64,000 nucleotides of DNA from NCBI GenBank assembly GCA_045047115.1, contig JASFYR010000005.1, forward strand, positions 45,660 through 109,659, written 5' to 3'. The notes under the pieces were generated by a model that did not search any database, was not told where the DNA came from, and was given only the letters and a program-made list of their open reading frames with translations. Source of the DNA: Sulfurospirillum sp. GTDB lineage: Bacteria; Campylobacterota; Campylobacteria; Campylobacterales; Sulfurospirillaceae. The position numbers were made by a program, and so were the translations under genes. This document shows positions 1 to 9,932 of this stretch, in pieces. How positions within the stretch are numbered: the first letter of the stretch is position 1; each line of letters starts with the position of its first letter.

Positions 1-64
1 GGCATGATGCTTTTTTGGTAGAGTATGATAAGTTTGATTTTTATATAAGAAAGGCTTTAGAGAA

Positions 65-262
65 ATGAGTAAAGAGATAAGTTTTGAAGATAAGCTAAAA
101 AGTGCAAAAGAGATTTTAGAAAAGCTAAGTGACCCCAGTATCACTCTTAAAGACGGGATGAAAGAGTACAAGAAAGGCATATCTATACTAAATGAAGCAA
201 CGAAGATGATAGAAGATGCCAAGTTGGAATATGAAAAACTCCAACCAAATGAAAATATATAA
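65..262 (+). CDS. xseB: Exodeoxyribonuclease VII small subunit
   Basis: 65 aa, SFEDKL...LEKL...ITLKDGMKEYKKG pattern of XseB. Confidence 0.9.
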   Translation: MSKEISFEDKLKSAKEILEKLSDPSITLKDGMKEYKKGISILNEATKMIEDAKLEYEKLQPNENI

Positions 263-365
263 TGAAATTACACAAAATTTTAAATAGTAACTTCTCTGCG
301 CCAGCAGTAGCTTTAGTCGCGAGGAATTTTTGCGGAATTCACTTCCGTAAAAAGGGGACAATAAT
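262..365 (+). repeat. Dispersed structured intergenic element, copy 1, containing a 35-codon mini-ORF (262-369)
   Basis: 319-349 is identical over 31 bp to 63939-63969. Shares ATGAAATTAC, GCTTYAGTCGCGAGGAATTT and AAAGGGGACAATAA with the 43.6 kb repeat. Hairpin at 327-353. Confidence 0.85.
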
Positions 366-1160
366 ATGAAACTCGCTGCTTTACAGCTTTCTACTCTACC
401 TATGAGTGAAGCAAAGTTGGATTATTACTTTAGGATTTGCGAAAACAAGGGTGTTGAGCTTATATTGCTTAGTGAGTATGCGCTGAACAGTTTTTTTAAA
501 GAGCTTGAAGATATGCCGGTTCTTATGATAAAAGAGCAGACAAACCACAAGATAAGAGTTTTAAAAGAGTTGTGCAAAAGATACAATCTTACAGTTGTTG
601 CGCCGATAATCTTGATAAAAAACAGAAAAATGCTAAAATCAGTAGCAAAGTTTACTCCTAAAAGCGTACACTACTACAATCAACAATTTTTGATAAATTT
701 CAAACACTGGAACGAAGAGAGATTTTTTGATAACCCAATGCAGAGATATACTCCTCAGATATTTGTGTTAAATAGGATAAAATTTGGAATTATCAGTGGT
801 TTTGAAGCTCATTTTGATGTTGCTTGGTTAGAAGCAATGCGTAAAAATGTAGATGTTGTTCTGATGCCATCATCTTCTACATTTGAATCATCTCTAAGGT
901 GGCAAGAGTTGCTGAAAACCAGAGCTTTTTTAAACTCTATGTATATATTAAGAGCCAATAGAGTTGGCACATATACCCAAAAAGATATATCGTGGAAGTT
1001 TTATGGACACAGTAAACTTGTAAATCCTTATGGCGATATTGAGCTTTCTTTAGGACAAAAAGAGGAGATACTTTTGTGTGATATAGACAAAGACGAGGTA
1101 AATGGAGCTAAAAAGTTATGGGGATGGAGAAGAGATTTGAGTAAAAGAGGCATGTTGTGA
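366..1160 (+). CDS. Carbon-nitrogen hydrolase (nitrilase superfamily) protein with degenerate catalytic site
   Basis: MKLAALQL start; LLSEY; RAFLNSMYILRANRVG; FYGHSKLVNPYG. Confidence 0.88.
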   Translation: MKLAALQLSTLPMSEAKLDYYFRICENKGVELILLSEYALNSFFKELEDMPVLMIKEQTNHKIRVLKELCKRYNLTVVAPIILIKNRKMLKSVAKFTPKSVHYYNQQFLINFKHWNEERFFDNPMQRYTPQIFVLNRIKFGIISGFEAHFDVAWLEAMRKNVDVVLMPSSSTFESSLRWQELLKTRAFLNSMYILRANRVGTYTQKDISWKFYGHSKLVNPYGDIELSLGQKEEILLCDIDKDEVNGAKKLWGWRRDLSKRGML

Positions 1161-2287
1161 AATTTGACCTGTATCCTTTTGAAAAATTAACCCGACTGTT
1201 AGATGGCATAGAGCCGTCAACAGATTATAAACCAGCAGTACTGACTATAGGAGAGCCACAATTTGAAACTCCGGATTTTATACAGCTTGCGCTGAGAGAT
1301 GGTAGTGATTTATTGAAAAAATACCCAAAAACAGCAGGTGAGACATATCTAAAAAAGGCTCAATTGGACTTTGTGAAAAAAAGATTTAAAGTTGAGTTGA
1401 AAGACAGTGAGCTTATATCCACATTTGGTACACGAGAAGTGCTTTTTAACTTTCCCCAGTTTTTGCTTTTTGACGAGAAAAATCCAGCCATTGCCTTTAC
1501 AAGCCCTTTTTATCAGATATATAAAGGTGCGGCCCAGGTCAGCAAAGCAGATATTATCTATCTAAATTTGACAAAAGAAAATGGATTTAAGCCGGATATA
1601 AATGACAGCAGGCTCAAAAATGCAAATCTTGTGATTTTAAACTTCCCAAACAATCCGACAGCTTCAGTTATGAGCAAAACAGAGTTGCAAGAGTGGGTGA
1701 AATTGGCTTTAGAGTACGGTTTTATACTCTTAAATGATGAATGCTACAGTGAGATATATTGTGATACTCCTCAGCCATCACTGCTCGAAGCAAGTCTGGC
1801 AGTTGGGAATGATAGTTTTAAAAATATACTTGTTATCAACTCTATCTCCAAAAGAAGCAGTGCACCGGGACTCAGAAGTGGTTTTATAGCCGGCGATAAA
1901 GATATACTCAAAGAGTATCTAAAATACAGAACATATGTAGGTGTTGCGGTTCCTTTGCCTTTGCAAAAAGCAGCTGCTATTGCATGGAGTGATGAAGAGC
2001 ATGTGGCAAAATCAAGAGAAATATACAGACAAAACCAAGAGCTCTCATGTGAGATTTTGGGTGTCAAAAAGAGTGAAGCGACATTTTATGTGTGGCTTGA
2101 AGTTGATGATGATTTGGAGTTTACGAAGAGTCTTTACAGAGAAAAAAATGTCAAAGTTTTGCCGGGAAGTTTTTTGGGATATGAGGGAACAAGAAGTGCT
2201 TATGTTCGTATAGCACTGGTTGAAAACAGTGAAAAGACCAAAGAGATATTGACCAGAATAAAAGATTTTATAAAAGGTACAAAATGA
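1157..2287 (+). CDS. dapC: PLP-dependent class I/II aminotransferase, probable succinyldiaminopimelate transaminase
   Basis: YPFEKL start, LTIGEP, NFPNNPT, DECYSEIY, NSISKRSSAPGLRSG; dapE nearby. Confidence 0.82.
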   Translation: MKFDLYPFEKLTRLLDGIEPSTDYKPAVLTIGEPQFETPDFIQLALRDGSDLLKKYPKTAGETYLKKAQLDFVKKRFKVELKDSELISTFGTREVLFNFPQFLLFDEKNPAIAFTSPFYQIYKGAAQVSKADIIYLNLTKENGFKPDINDSRLKNANLVILNFPNNPTASVMSKTELQEWVKLALEYGFILLNDECYSEIYCDTPQPSLLEASLAVGNDSFKNILVINSISKRSSAPGLRSGFIAGDKDILKEYLKYRTYVGVAVPLPLQKAAAIAWSDEEHVAKSREIYRQNQELSCEILGVKKSEATFYVWLEVDDDLEFTKSLYREKNVKVLPGSFLGYEGTRSAYVRIALVENSEKTKEILTRIKDFIKGTK

Positions 2288-3591
2288 AATATATCCACTT
2301 TGTCGGGGTTGGTGGTATCGGACTATCGGCACTTGCTAGATATTTGAAAAAAGAGGGTTTCTGTGTCAGCGGCTCAGATATAAAAGAGACAAAAATCACA
2401 CAAAAATTAAGAGGTGAAGGCATAGAAGTATCTGTTCCTCACGATAAAAAAAATATCAAAAAACAAGATTTAGTTATATACACTGCAGTTGCAAAAGATG
2501 ACAATGTGGAGCTGGTAGAGGCAAGAAAAAGGGGTATATTGACACTCTCACGCAAAGATGCACTGCCTTTGATACTAAAGGAGCGAAGAGTATTTGCTAC
2601 ATGTGGGGCTCATGGGAAAAGCACTACAAGTGCAATGCTGGCTTCTATGGTTGAGGGTACGGTCATCATAGGAGCTGAAAGTAAACAATTTGATACAAAT
2701 ATGTACTATATGACAAGTAACAATATTATCTTTGAGGCAGACGAGAGTGATGAGAGTTTTTTAAACTCAAATCCATTTGTAGCAGTTGTTACAAATGCAG
2801 AACCGGAACATATGGAGCATTATAATTACGATCTGAAGAGATTTTATGGTGCATATGAGCAGTTTTTAAGAAGCGCAACCATAAGAGTTATAAACGCAGA
2901 AGATAAGTTTCTCTCAACTCTGGATGATATGGATGCAATCAGACTTTACCCAAGCACGGATCTCAAAGATATAAAAACAATCATAAGAAACGATGAGCCT
3001 TTTACCTCTTTTGTCTTGAAAGATTTAGGCAGGTTTGAAGTATGGGGCATAGGAGAACATATAGCCATTGATGCTTCATTGGCGATTTTAGCTAGTCTTT
3101 GCGAGATGGATTTGGAGAGTGCAAGAGAAAAATTGAAAAACTACAGAGGTATCAAGAAGAGATTTGATATACTCCAAAAAAGTGAAAACTTCACTCTTAT
3201 AGATGATTATGGTCATCACCCAACAGAGATAAAAGCCACTATGAATTCGGCTAAAAAATATGCAAAGATGATGGGATTGGATGAGATTACAGCTATATGG
3301 CAACCTCACAAATACACCAGAACCCATGATAATTTAAAGGGTTTTGTGGAGTGTTTTGCCGGTGTGGACAGGTTGATTATACTCCCTGTTTGGAGTGCAG
3401 GAGAGCAGAAAATTGAGATAGATTTTGAAAATGAGTTCAAAAGATATAGTCCGATATTTGCGCATAGTCTGGAAAAAAACAGACAATCCATAAATCTACT
3501 TACAAATGATAAGATCCTGAAAAATATAGACAAAGGGTTGATTATCGGTTTTGGTGCCGGCGATATCACATACCAGTTAAGAGGAGCGTAG
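2284..3591 (+). CDS. murC: UDP-N-acetylmuramate--L-alanine ligase
   Basis: IHFVGVGGIGLS, GAHGKSTT, EADESD, DDYGHHPTEI, QPHKYTRT. Confidence 0.96.
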   Translation: MKYIHFVGVGGIGLSALARYLKKEGFCVSGSDIKETKITQKLRGEGIEVSVPHDKKNIKKQDLVIYTAVAKDDNVELVEARKRGILTLSRKDALPLILKERRVFATCGAHGKSTTSAMLASMVEGTVIIGAESKQFDTNMYYMTSNNIIFEADESDESFLNSNPFVAVVTNAEPEHMEHYNYDLKRFYGAYEQFLRSATIRVINAEDKFLSTLDDMDAIRLYPSTDLKDIKTIIRNDEPFTSFVLKDLGRFEVWGIGEHIAIDASLAILASLCEMDLESAREKLKNYRGIKKRFDILQKSENFTLIDDYGHHPTEIKATMNSAKKYAKMMGLDEITAIWQPHKYTRTHDNLKGFVECFAGVDRLIILPVWSAGEQKIEIDFENEFKRYSPIFAHSLEKNRQSINLLTNDKILKNIDKGLIIGFGAGDITYQLRGA

Positions 3592-3930
3592 ATGCAAATA
3601 GTTCTTTTTCTACTTTTGCTTTTAGCTGTCTTGGTGATTATTGTTTCTAAAAAAGAGTCTCTTTCGTCCAGAACAAAAATATATATTATTCTCTCTCTTA
3701 CTTTAGTGATTATTATCAGTTGGCTCTATACTGTGAACAATCAAAAAACTGCCCAAAATGACAGAGCGATTATCAACGCATATGAACAAGGCAAAACTCT
3801 TAATTGTGGAAACTATAAAGTCAATAGTAACGACTTTATCTTTGTAAGTGGCACTCTAAGCTTTATTGCAAAAGAGAGTGCAAAAAAGTTAAAAGGTGTT
3901 GTGATAGACATCTCTACATGTAGCAAATGA
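3592..3930 (+). CDS. Conserved two-TM membrane protein between murC and mutS2
   Basis: Two hydrophobic N-terminal segments; tightly coupled in the operon. Confidence 0.75.
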   Translation: MQIVLFLLLLLAVLVIIVSKKESLSSRTKIYIILSLTLVIIISWLYTVNNQKTAQNDRAIINAYEQGKTLNCGNYKVNSNDFIFVSGTLSFIAKESAKKLKGVVIDISTCSK

Positions 3931-6125
3931 ATAGACTCCTTTCTAAACTGGATTTAATAGATTTTGCTAACTCTTTTGAGGCTTTTTTGGCGAGGAGTAA
4001 ACCTCTTTTTATGCAGGGTGACTCAAAGATACATCACTCTTTTATAAAAGAGCTTCTCCAAACTCAAGGTATAAAATCGCCTCTTGAAGTGGAAAATCTT
4101 GATACTCAACTTGCTCATCTTGGCAAAAGCGGTATTTTAAAGATTTATGAAATTTACTCTTTTGTAAAAATTATAGACTATTTTATCTATCTCAAAAAAA
4201 CTCTTCTTGAAGGAAGACTTTGCGAATGGATGCAGAAAATCGAGATACCAAATGAGATATTGGAAGTGTGTAGTTATTTTGATGGAAAAGGTGAACTTAA
4301 AAGTAGTATAGATGAGAGTTTTTCAAATATAGAGTATGCACTAAAAAAAATAAAAGAGGAGGCAAATACGACACTAAGACGCCTCATGTCAAATTCAAAA
4401 CTTTCAAATTATTTAGTTGACAGACAGGTTCACTATATAAACAACCAAGAGACTCTTTTGCTAAGAGGCGGATTTAACCATGTCATAAAAGGCAGTGTAG
4501 TCGGACGAAGCAGTGGAGGATTTTTCTATATTTTTCCAGATACTCTGTCCTCCTTGAAATCCAAAGAGAGTGGACTTATTGATAGAAAAGAGGAGTTGAT
4601 ATATAAATACGCAAAAGAGATTTCAAATCTTTTTTCTAAATATGTAAAATTTTTATCCTTTATCAATAGAGAATTTGATAAATTTGATGCCTACCATGCA
4701 AGAGTAGCGTTTGCTAGAAGTAGAGATTTGGACTTTGTTCTTGCAAACAGTGGCCACGAGATAAAACTTAGCAGATTTTCTCATCCGGCATTGAGTGACC
4801 CAAAGCCTATAAGTGTTGATTTTACAAAACATGTTTTGATGATCACAGGCGTAAATGCCGGTGGTAAAACTATATTTTTAAAATCCCTGTTGAGTGCAGC
4901 ATTTTTAGCTAAGTATCTGTTGCCCATGAAGATAGATAGTAAGCATTCAAAAATAGGTTCTTTTAGGGAGATTGTAGCGGTTCTTGATGATCCTCAGAGT
5001 GTAAAAAATGATATATCTACATTTGCAGGCAGGATGAGCGAGTTTAGCAGACTTTTTTCAAAAAAAAGAGCGTTGGTCGGCATAGATGAGATAGAGCTTG
5101 GAACAGATGCAGATGAGGCGGCTAGTCTCTTTAAAGTAATAATCGAAAAGTTAATTCAAAAAGATATAAAGATTGTAATCACAACTCACCACAAAAGACT
5201 CGCTTCACTACTGGCTACAAACGATAGTGTCCAGCTTCTAGCAGCTATATATGATGAGAAAAATCAAAAACCTACATATGAATTTTTAAATGGAACAATT
5301 GGTAAGAGTTATGCTTTTGAGACAGCTCTTAGGTATAGGATTCCAGCTCCTATTATCCAAGAGGCGAGAGAAGTTTATGGTGAGGATAAAGAGAAACTAA
5401 ATGACTTAATTCAAAAAAATATAGATTTAGAGTTGGAGATGAAAAAGCAATCCTTGCTACTTAAAGAGAAGCTTCAAGAAGCAAAGAGAGCAAAAGAGGC
5501 ACTCAAAGATGAAAAAGAGAGAAATAAAAGAGAGTTTGAGCACTCGACTTTAAAGATGCAAAAGAGTTTTAATGAAGCGATAAAACAAGCTAAGGTTGCG
5601 ATAAAAGCAAAAGATGTGCAGGAGGGACACAGAGCACTAAACAGGGCAAATGAGTTTAAGCAAAAAGCAAAAAAAGTACAAGTGATCCAAACAAATGAAA
5701 AATTAAATGTCGGTGATTATGTAAAATATGGAAATTCCAAGGGCTTAATAAGAAGCATAAAAAAAGAGATGGCTTCGATAGATTGTAGTGGCATAACCCT
5801 GAGGGTTCCATTAAATACTCTGAAAAAGAGTGGCAATCCGCCTAAAAAAACAAAGAAGATAGTTATCTCAAAACCGAGTAGCACAAGCTCTGTGACACTT
5901 GACTTACATGGTTTAAGGGCAGATGAAGCGATAGAAAAACTAGATAAGTTTCTCTCAGATGCCCTTATAAACGGCTATGATGAGGTGTTAGTATATCATG
6001 GGATAGGCACAGGGAAACTGGCATATGCTGTCAAAACTTTTCTCTCGACCTATCCGAGCCTGGTATCTTACTGCGATGCACCGATAAATATGGGAGGTTA
6101 TGGAGCAACTTTGATTAGATTATGA
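3927..6125 (+). CDS. mutS2: Endonuclease MutS2
   Basis: Walker A GVNAGGKT, DEIELGTD, coiled coil, C-terminal Smr domain LDLHG...HGIGTG. Confidence 0.95.
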   Translation: MNRLLSKLDLIDFANSFEAFLARSKPLFMQGDSKIHHSFIKELLQTQGIKSPLEVENLDTQLAHLGKSGILKIYEIYSFVKIIDYFIYLKKTLLEGRLCEWMQKIEIPNEILEVCSYFDGKGELKSSIDESFSNIEYALKKIKEEANTTLRRLMSNSKLSNYLVDRQVHYINNQETLLLRGGFNHVIKGSVVGRSSGGFFYIFPDTLSSLKSKESGLIDRKEELIYKYAKEISNLFSKYVKFLSFINREFDKFDAYHARVAFARSRDLDFVLANSGHEIKLSRFSHPALSDPKPISVDFTKHVLMITGVNAGGKTIFLKSLLSAAFLAKYLLPMKIDSKHSKIGSFREIVAVLDDPQSVKNDISTFAGRMSEFSRLFSKKRALVGIDEIELGTDADEAASLFKVIIEKLIQKDIKIVITTHHKRLASLLATNDSVQLLAAIYDEKNQKPTYEFLNGTIGKSYAFETALRYRIPAPIIQEAREVYGEDKEKLNDLIQKNIDLELEMKKQSLLLKEKLQEAKRAKEALKDEKERNKREFEHSTLKMQKSFNEAIKQAKVAIKAKDVQEGHRALNRANEFKQKAKKVQVIQTNEKLNVGDYVKYGNSKGLIRSIKKEMASIDCSGITLRVPLNTLKKSGNPPKKTKKIVISKPSSTSSVTLDLHGLRADEAIEKLDKFLSDALINGYDEVLVYHGIGTGKLAYAVKTFLSTYPSLVSYCDAPINMGGYGATLIRL

Positions 6126-6183
6126 TTAGTTTAATATAATTAATAATATAATAGTGAATAACCGATAAAATATTGGAAGTTTT

Positions 6184-7698
6184 ATGAAAAAAATAGAAAA
6201 AGAATTAAATCAGCTTTTGGTTGTTATGCTTGTTTCTACATTTATTTTTTTTATGGTGGTTTTATTTAATCGGGATATTTGTTATTTTCTTCGCATTAGA
6301 GAGTCAGATTTTGGTTTTTTATTGGCTCTTGTAACCATACTTTTTCTATTTTTTGCATATTTTAAGATACAAATCAGTTCAAAAAAATTTCAACAAGAGT
6401 TCAATAGAGTTGTCTCGGCCAAAGAAAAAGAGTTGATGCTAACAAATGAAGAACTAAGCAAAACAAATCAATATCTAAAGCACTTACTATATGAAGATTC
6501 TTTGACAAATCTACTAAACAGACAGGCTCTAGAGAGAGATATATCTTCGATGAATCACCCTAAGTTAATCATTCTTGATATCGACTCTTTTAAAGAGATA
6601 AACGAATATTACGGCAGCCATGTGGGTGATTTGGTTTTGCATAGTGTTGCCCAGTGGCTAAGGGACCTTGCCGAAAAAGAGAATTTGCACATCTATAGAA
6701 TTGGAGCAGATGAATTTGCTCTGCTTGAGGATGAAGACTTGGATGTGGATAAGTATGAAGAGTTAGCAATAGACTTGATAGATACTTTTAAAAATAAAAA
6801 TATCGAATTAGTTGAAACAGGTGATATGGTTGAGATAAATGTTACCTTGGGATTTTGCTTTGATTCGGACAATACTTTGGAAAAAGCGGGTATGGCACTC
6901 GAAGAAGCTAAACAAAAACAGATAAATTTTTTATGTTATTTTAAAAAAATAGACAGCAAAAATAATTATTTAGAACAGATAAAATGGTCAAAATTCATAA
7001 ACAGTGCATTAAAAGACAGTAGAGTCATACCATACTATCAACCCATATTTAATATAGACAAAGAAGTTATTAAGCATGAGTGTTTAGTGAGAATCTTAGA
7101 TGAAAATGAAGAGGTTTTTCCGCCCGGTCTTTTTTTAGATATTGCAAAAAAAGTCAAAAGATACTCCGCTATAGAGAAACTGCTCATAGAAAAAAGTTTT
7201 CAAATGATCCAAGGAAGTGATGAGATTATATCTGTTAATTTGCTTGCAAGAGATATGAGCGACAGTAATGTTAGTAATTTTGTTATTTCTATGTTGAAAA
7301 AATATGATGTTTCAAAGCAGATAATATTTGAAATACTTGAAAATGAAAATATTAAGAACCTTGAGAGAGTTTCGTCTTTTATCGAAAGAGTCAGAAGAAT
7401 GGGCTGTAAAATAGCAATTGATGATTTTGGTACAGGCTATAGCAATTTTTCATATTTGACTCAATTGAAACCAGATTACATTAAGATAGACGGGTTGTTA
7501 ATCAAAAAATTGGAAAGTGATAAAAATGCTTATGCAATTGTTGATTCAATCATAGCATTTGCAAAAAAATTAGGTATAAAAACCATAGCAGAATTTGTCT
7601 ATAATGAAGAGACTTTTGAGATATGTAAAAATCTTGGAATTGATGAATTTCAAGGTTTTTATCTAGGCGAACCTTCCGCAAAACTACTAAAGAGATAA
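6184..7698 (+). CDS. Membrane-anchored GGDEF/EAL protein, likely c-di-GMP phosphodiesterase
   Basis: Two TM helices; DSLTNLLNR; RIGADEF; ECLVRI; DDFGTGYSNF; IKIDG; QGFY. Confidence 0.9.
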   Translation: MKKIEKELNQLLVVMLVSTFIFFMVVLFNRDICYFLRIRESDFGFLLALVTILFLFFAYFKIQISSKKFQQEFNRVVSAKEKELMLTNEELSKTNQYLKHLLYEDSLTNLLNRQALERDISSMNHPKLIILDIDSFKEINEYYGSHVGDLVLHSVAQWLRDLAEKENLHIYRIGADEFALLEDEDLDVDKYEELAIDLIDTFKNKNIELVETGDMVEINVTLGFCFDSDNTLEKAGMALEEAKQKQINFLCYFKKIDSKNNYLEQIKWSKFINSALKDSRVIPYYQPIFNIDKEVIKHECLVRILDENEEVFPPGLFLDIAKKVKRYSAIEKLLIEKSFQMIQGSDEIISVNLLARDMSDSNVSNFVISMLKKYDVSKQIIFEILENENIKNLERVSSFIERVRRMGCKIAIDDFGTGYSNFSYLTQLKPDYIKIDGLLIKKLESDKNAYAIVDSIIAFAKKLGIKTIAEFVYNEETFEICKNLGIDEFQGFYLGEPSAKLLKR

Positions 7699-7701
7699 TA
7701 C

Positions 7702-8796
7702 ATGAACACACAACAACTTTTTTTGAAGCTATTAAAATACAAATCCATAACTCCTGATGATGCAGGGTCTTTGGATTTTATACAGAATTACATGTCGGGT
7801 TTTTCTGCCCTCAGAATCGATAAAAACAGTACAAAAAACCTATTATTGTATAAGAAGTTTGGTGATGGAGAGCATCTCTGTTTTGCCGGACATGTAGATG
7901 TGGTACCTCAAGGAGACGGTTGGAATAGTGAACCGTTTGATCCGTTTTTGAAAGACGGCTATATCTATGCCAGAGGTGCACAAGATATGAAGAGTGGTGT
8001 TTGTGCCTTTTTGCAAGCCTGTAAGGATGCTAAAAATTTTAATGGAACTATCAGTATTGTGCTTACAAGCGATGAAGAGGGGGATGCTCTTTTTGGTACG
8101 ATTGAAGTTATAAAATATCTAAAAAAAGAGAACTTTTTGCCTGATTTTACTATTGTCGCAGAACCTACATGTGAAGAGGTTTTTGGGGATGCTATCAAGA
8201 TAGGAAGACGAGGGTCTATCAACGGTACTTTGGAGGTTTTTGGGCTGCAAGGACATGCTGCGTATCCCGAAAAATCAACCAACCCTATAAATTTGATATC
8301 TCCTATACTTCCCAAATTGGCGGGTTATCATTTTGATCAAGGAGATGAAAATTTTGCTCCGAGTGAGTTGGTTATTACCGATATAAGAGCCGGCATGGAA
8401 GTGACAAATGTGACTCCGGGATATCTAAAACTAATGTTCAATGTAAGAAATTCTACAAAAACAGATAAAAATGATATAGAAAAGTATATAAAGAGTCTAT
8501 TTAAAGGTCTTGATTTTAAGCTTACACTTTTTCAAGGAGCCAGGCCATTTGTCACACAAAGGGATTCTAAAATTGTGAAAATACTTCAAGATGCCATAGG
8601 TTCAGTTTTGCATGTAGAGTCTAAATTGACAACGAGTGGTGGCACGAGTGATGCGAGACTTTTTGCAGAGTTTGGTGTAAAAACAGTAGAATTAGGTGTC
8701 ATAAATGATAGAATTCATGCTCCAAATGAAAGATGTAAGCTTGAAGAAGTAGAAGATTTAAAGAAAATATTTGATAAAGTTATAGAAAAATTTTAA
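7702..8796 (+). CDS. dapE: Succinyl-diaminopimelate desuccinylase
   Basis: FAGHVDVVP, RGAQDMK, SDEEG, IGRRGS, GGTSDAR, IHAPNE. Confidence 0.95.
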   Translation: MNTQQLFLKLLKYKSITPDDAGSLDFIQNYMSGFSALRIDKNSTKNLLLYKKFGDGEHLCFAGHVDVVPQGDGWNSEPFDPFLKDGYIYARGAQDMKSGVCAFLQACKDAKNFNGTISIVLTSDEEGDALFGTIEVIKYLKKENFLPDFTIVAEPTCEEVFGDAIKIGRRGSINGTLEVFGLQGHAAYPEKSTNPINLISPILPKLAGYHFDQGDENFAPSELVITDIRAGMEVTNVTPGYLKLMFNVRNSTKTDKNDIEKYIKSLFKGLDFKLTLFQGARPFVTQRDSKIVKILQDAIGSVLHVESKLTTSGGTSDARLFAEFGVKTVELGVINDRIHAPNERCKLEEVEDLKKIFDKVIEKF

Positions 8797-8805
8797 GGAT
8801 TTAGT

Positions 8806-9180
8806 ATGGATTATATAGCAACAAAAGATGCACCATCGGCCATAGGACCGTATTCGCAGGCGATTAGTTTTAAAGATATGATATTTACATCCGGACAGAT
8901 AGGTTTGACCTCAGAGGGTTTGTTGGTTGAAGGTGGAGTGGAAGCTCAAACAAGACAGGTGCTTGCAAACTTGACTGAAGTGCTTAAAGAAGCAGGAAGT
9001 TCTTTGTCAAAGGTGGTAAAGACTACGATATTTTTAGCAGACATGGATGATTTTGCAGTTGTTAATAAAATTTATGCAGAGTTTTTCGGCTCTCATAAAC
9101 CGGCCCGCTCAACTGTAGCAGTAAAAACACTCCCTTTAAATGTAAGCATAGAGATAGAAGCGATAGCTATAAAACAGTGA
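8806..9180 (+). CDS. ridA: RidA family enamine/imine deaminase
   Basis: APSAIGPYSQA, SGQIG, PARSTV, IEIEAIA. Confidence 0.92.
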   Translation: MDYIATKDAPSAIGPYSQAISFKDMIFTSGQIGLTSEGLLVEGGVEAQTRQVLANLTEVLKEAGSSLSKVVKTTIFLADMDDFAVVNKIYAEFFGSHKPARSTVAVKTLPLNVSIEIEAIAIKQ

Positions 9181-9854
9181 GAGCACTTGATCTGTATGCC
9201 AAAATAGAACCAATGATTGGCTTTTATGACGAGTATGAAGAGCTTTATGATAAATATCTTGATATTTTAGAAGCTCTGGATGCAAAGCGCATTTTGGATA
9301 TCGGTTGTGGAAACGGTAAGTTTCTGCAAAAGTTAAAGGGGGCAGATTATAGTGCGCTTGGCATAGACAGAAGTGAAGAGATGGTAAAAATCGCCACCTC
9401 TTTGGGTGTAGATGCAAGAGTAAGTGAGCTCAAAGATTTGCAAGAAAAATTTGATTGTACTACAGCAATAGGCGATGTTCTAAACTATATGAGTAAAGCA
9501 GAGTTAAGCGATTTCTTTATTGATTTGAAAAACAGGTTAAGAAAGAACTCCTATTTTATAGCAGATATAAATACCCTGAGTGGTTTTATAGAGGTTGCTG
9601 AAGGTCTTTTGCTTAAAGAGACTAGCAATCAATTCCTGGCCATAGAAGCTGATTTTAAAGATAGAGTGTTGAGTACAAAAATAACACTCTTTGAAAATGA
9701 GAAAAAATACTATAAGAAGTTTTCAGATACGATACTTCAATACTACCATCCTGCAGAACTCTTTAAAAATATAGATGGATTTGAACTTATAAGAAGTTTT
9801 GATATTTCTATGTTTGGAGAAAGAGATAAAACAATTTTGCTCTTTAAGATATAG
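9177..9854 (+). CDS. Class I SAM-dependent methyltransferase
   Basis: ILDIGCGNG motif I; GTG start overlapping the ridA stop. Confidence 0.88.
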   Translation: MRALDLYAKIEPMIGFYDEYEELYDKYLDILEALDAKRILDIGCGNGKFLQKLKGADYSALGIDRSEEMVKIATSLGVDARVSELKDLQEKFDCTTAIGDVLNYMSKAELSDFFIDLKNRLRKNSYFIADINTLSGFIEVAEGLLLKETSNQFLAIEADFKDRVLSTKITLFENEKKYYKKFSDTILQYYHPAELFKNIDGFELIRSFDISMFGERDKTILLFKI

Positions 9855-9871
9855 TTTTTTAAGCAAAAAAT

Positions 9872-9880
9872 TGATACAAT
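9872..9880 (+). promoter_or_regulatory. Extended -10 promoter (TGnTACAAT) for aclBA
   Basis: TGATACAAT about 50 nt upstream of aclB, with SD AAGGA. Confidence 0.5.
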
Positions 9881-9932
9881 AATTAGGTATTCTTAGTAAT
9901 AATAAAATTTAAGAAAAATTAAAGGATTTGCT

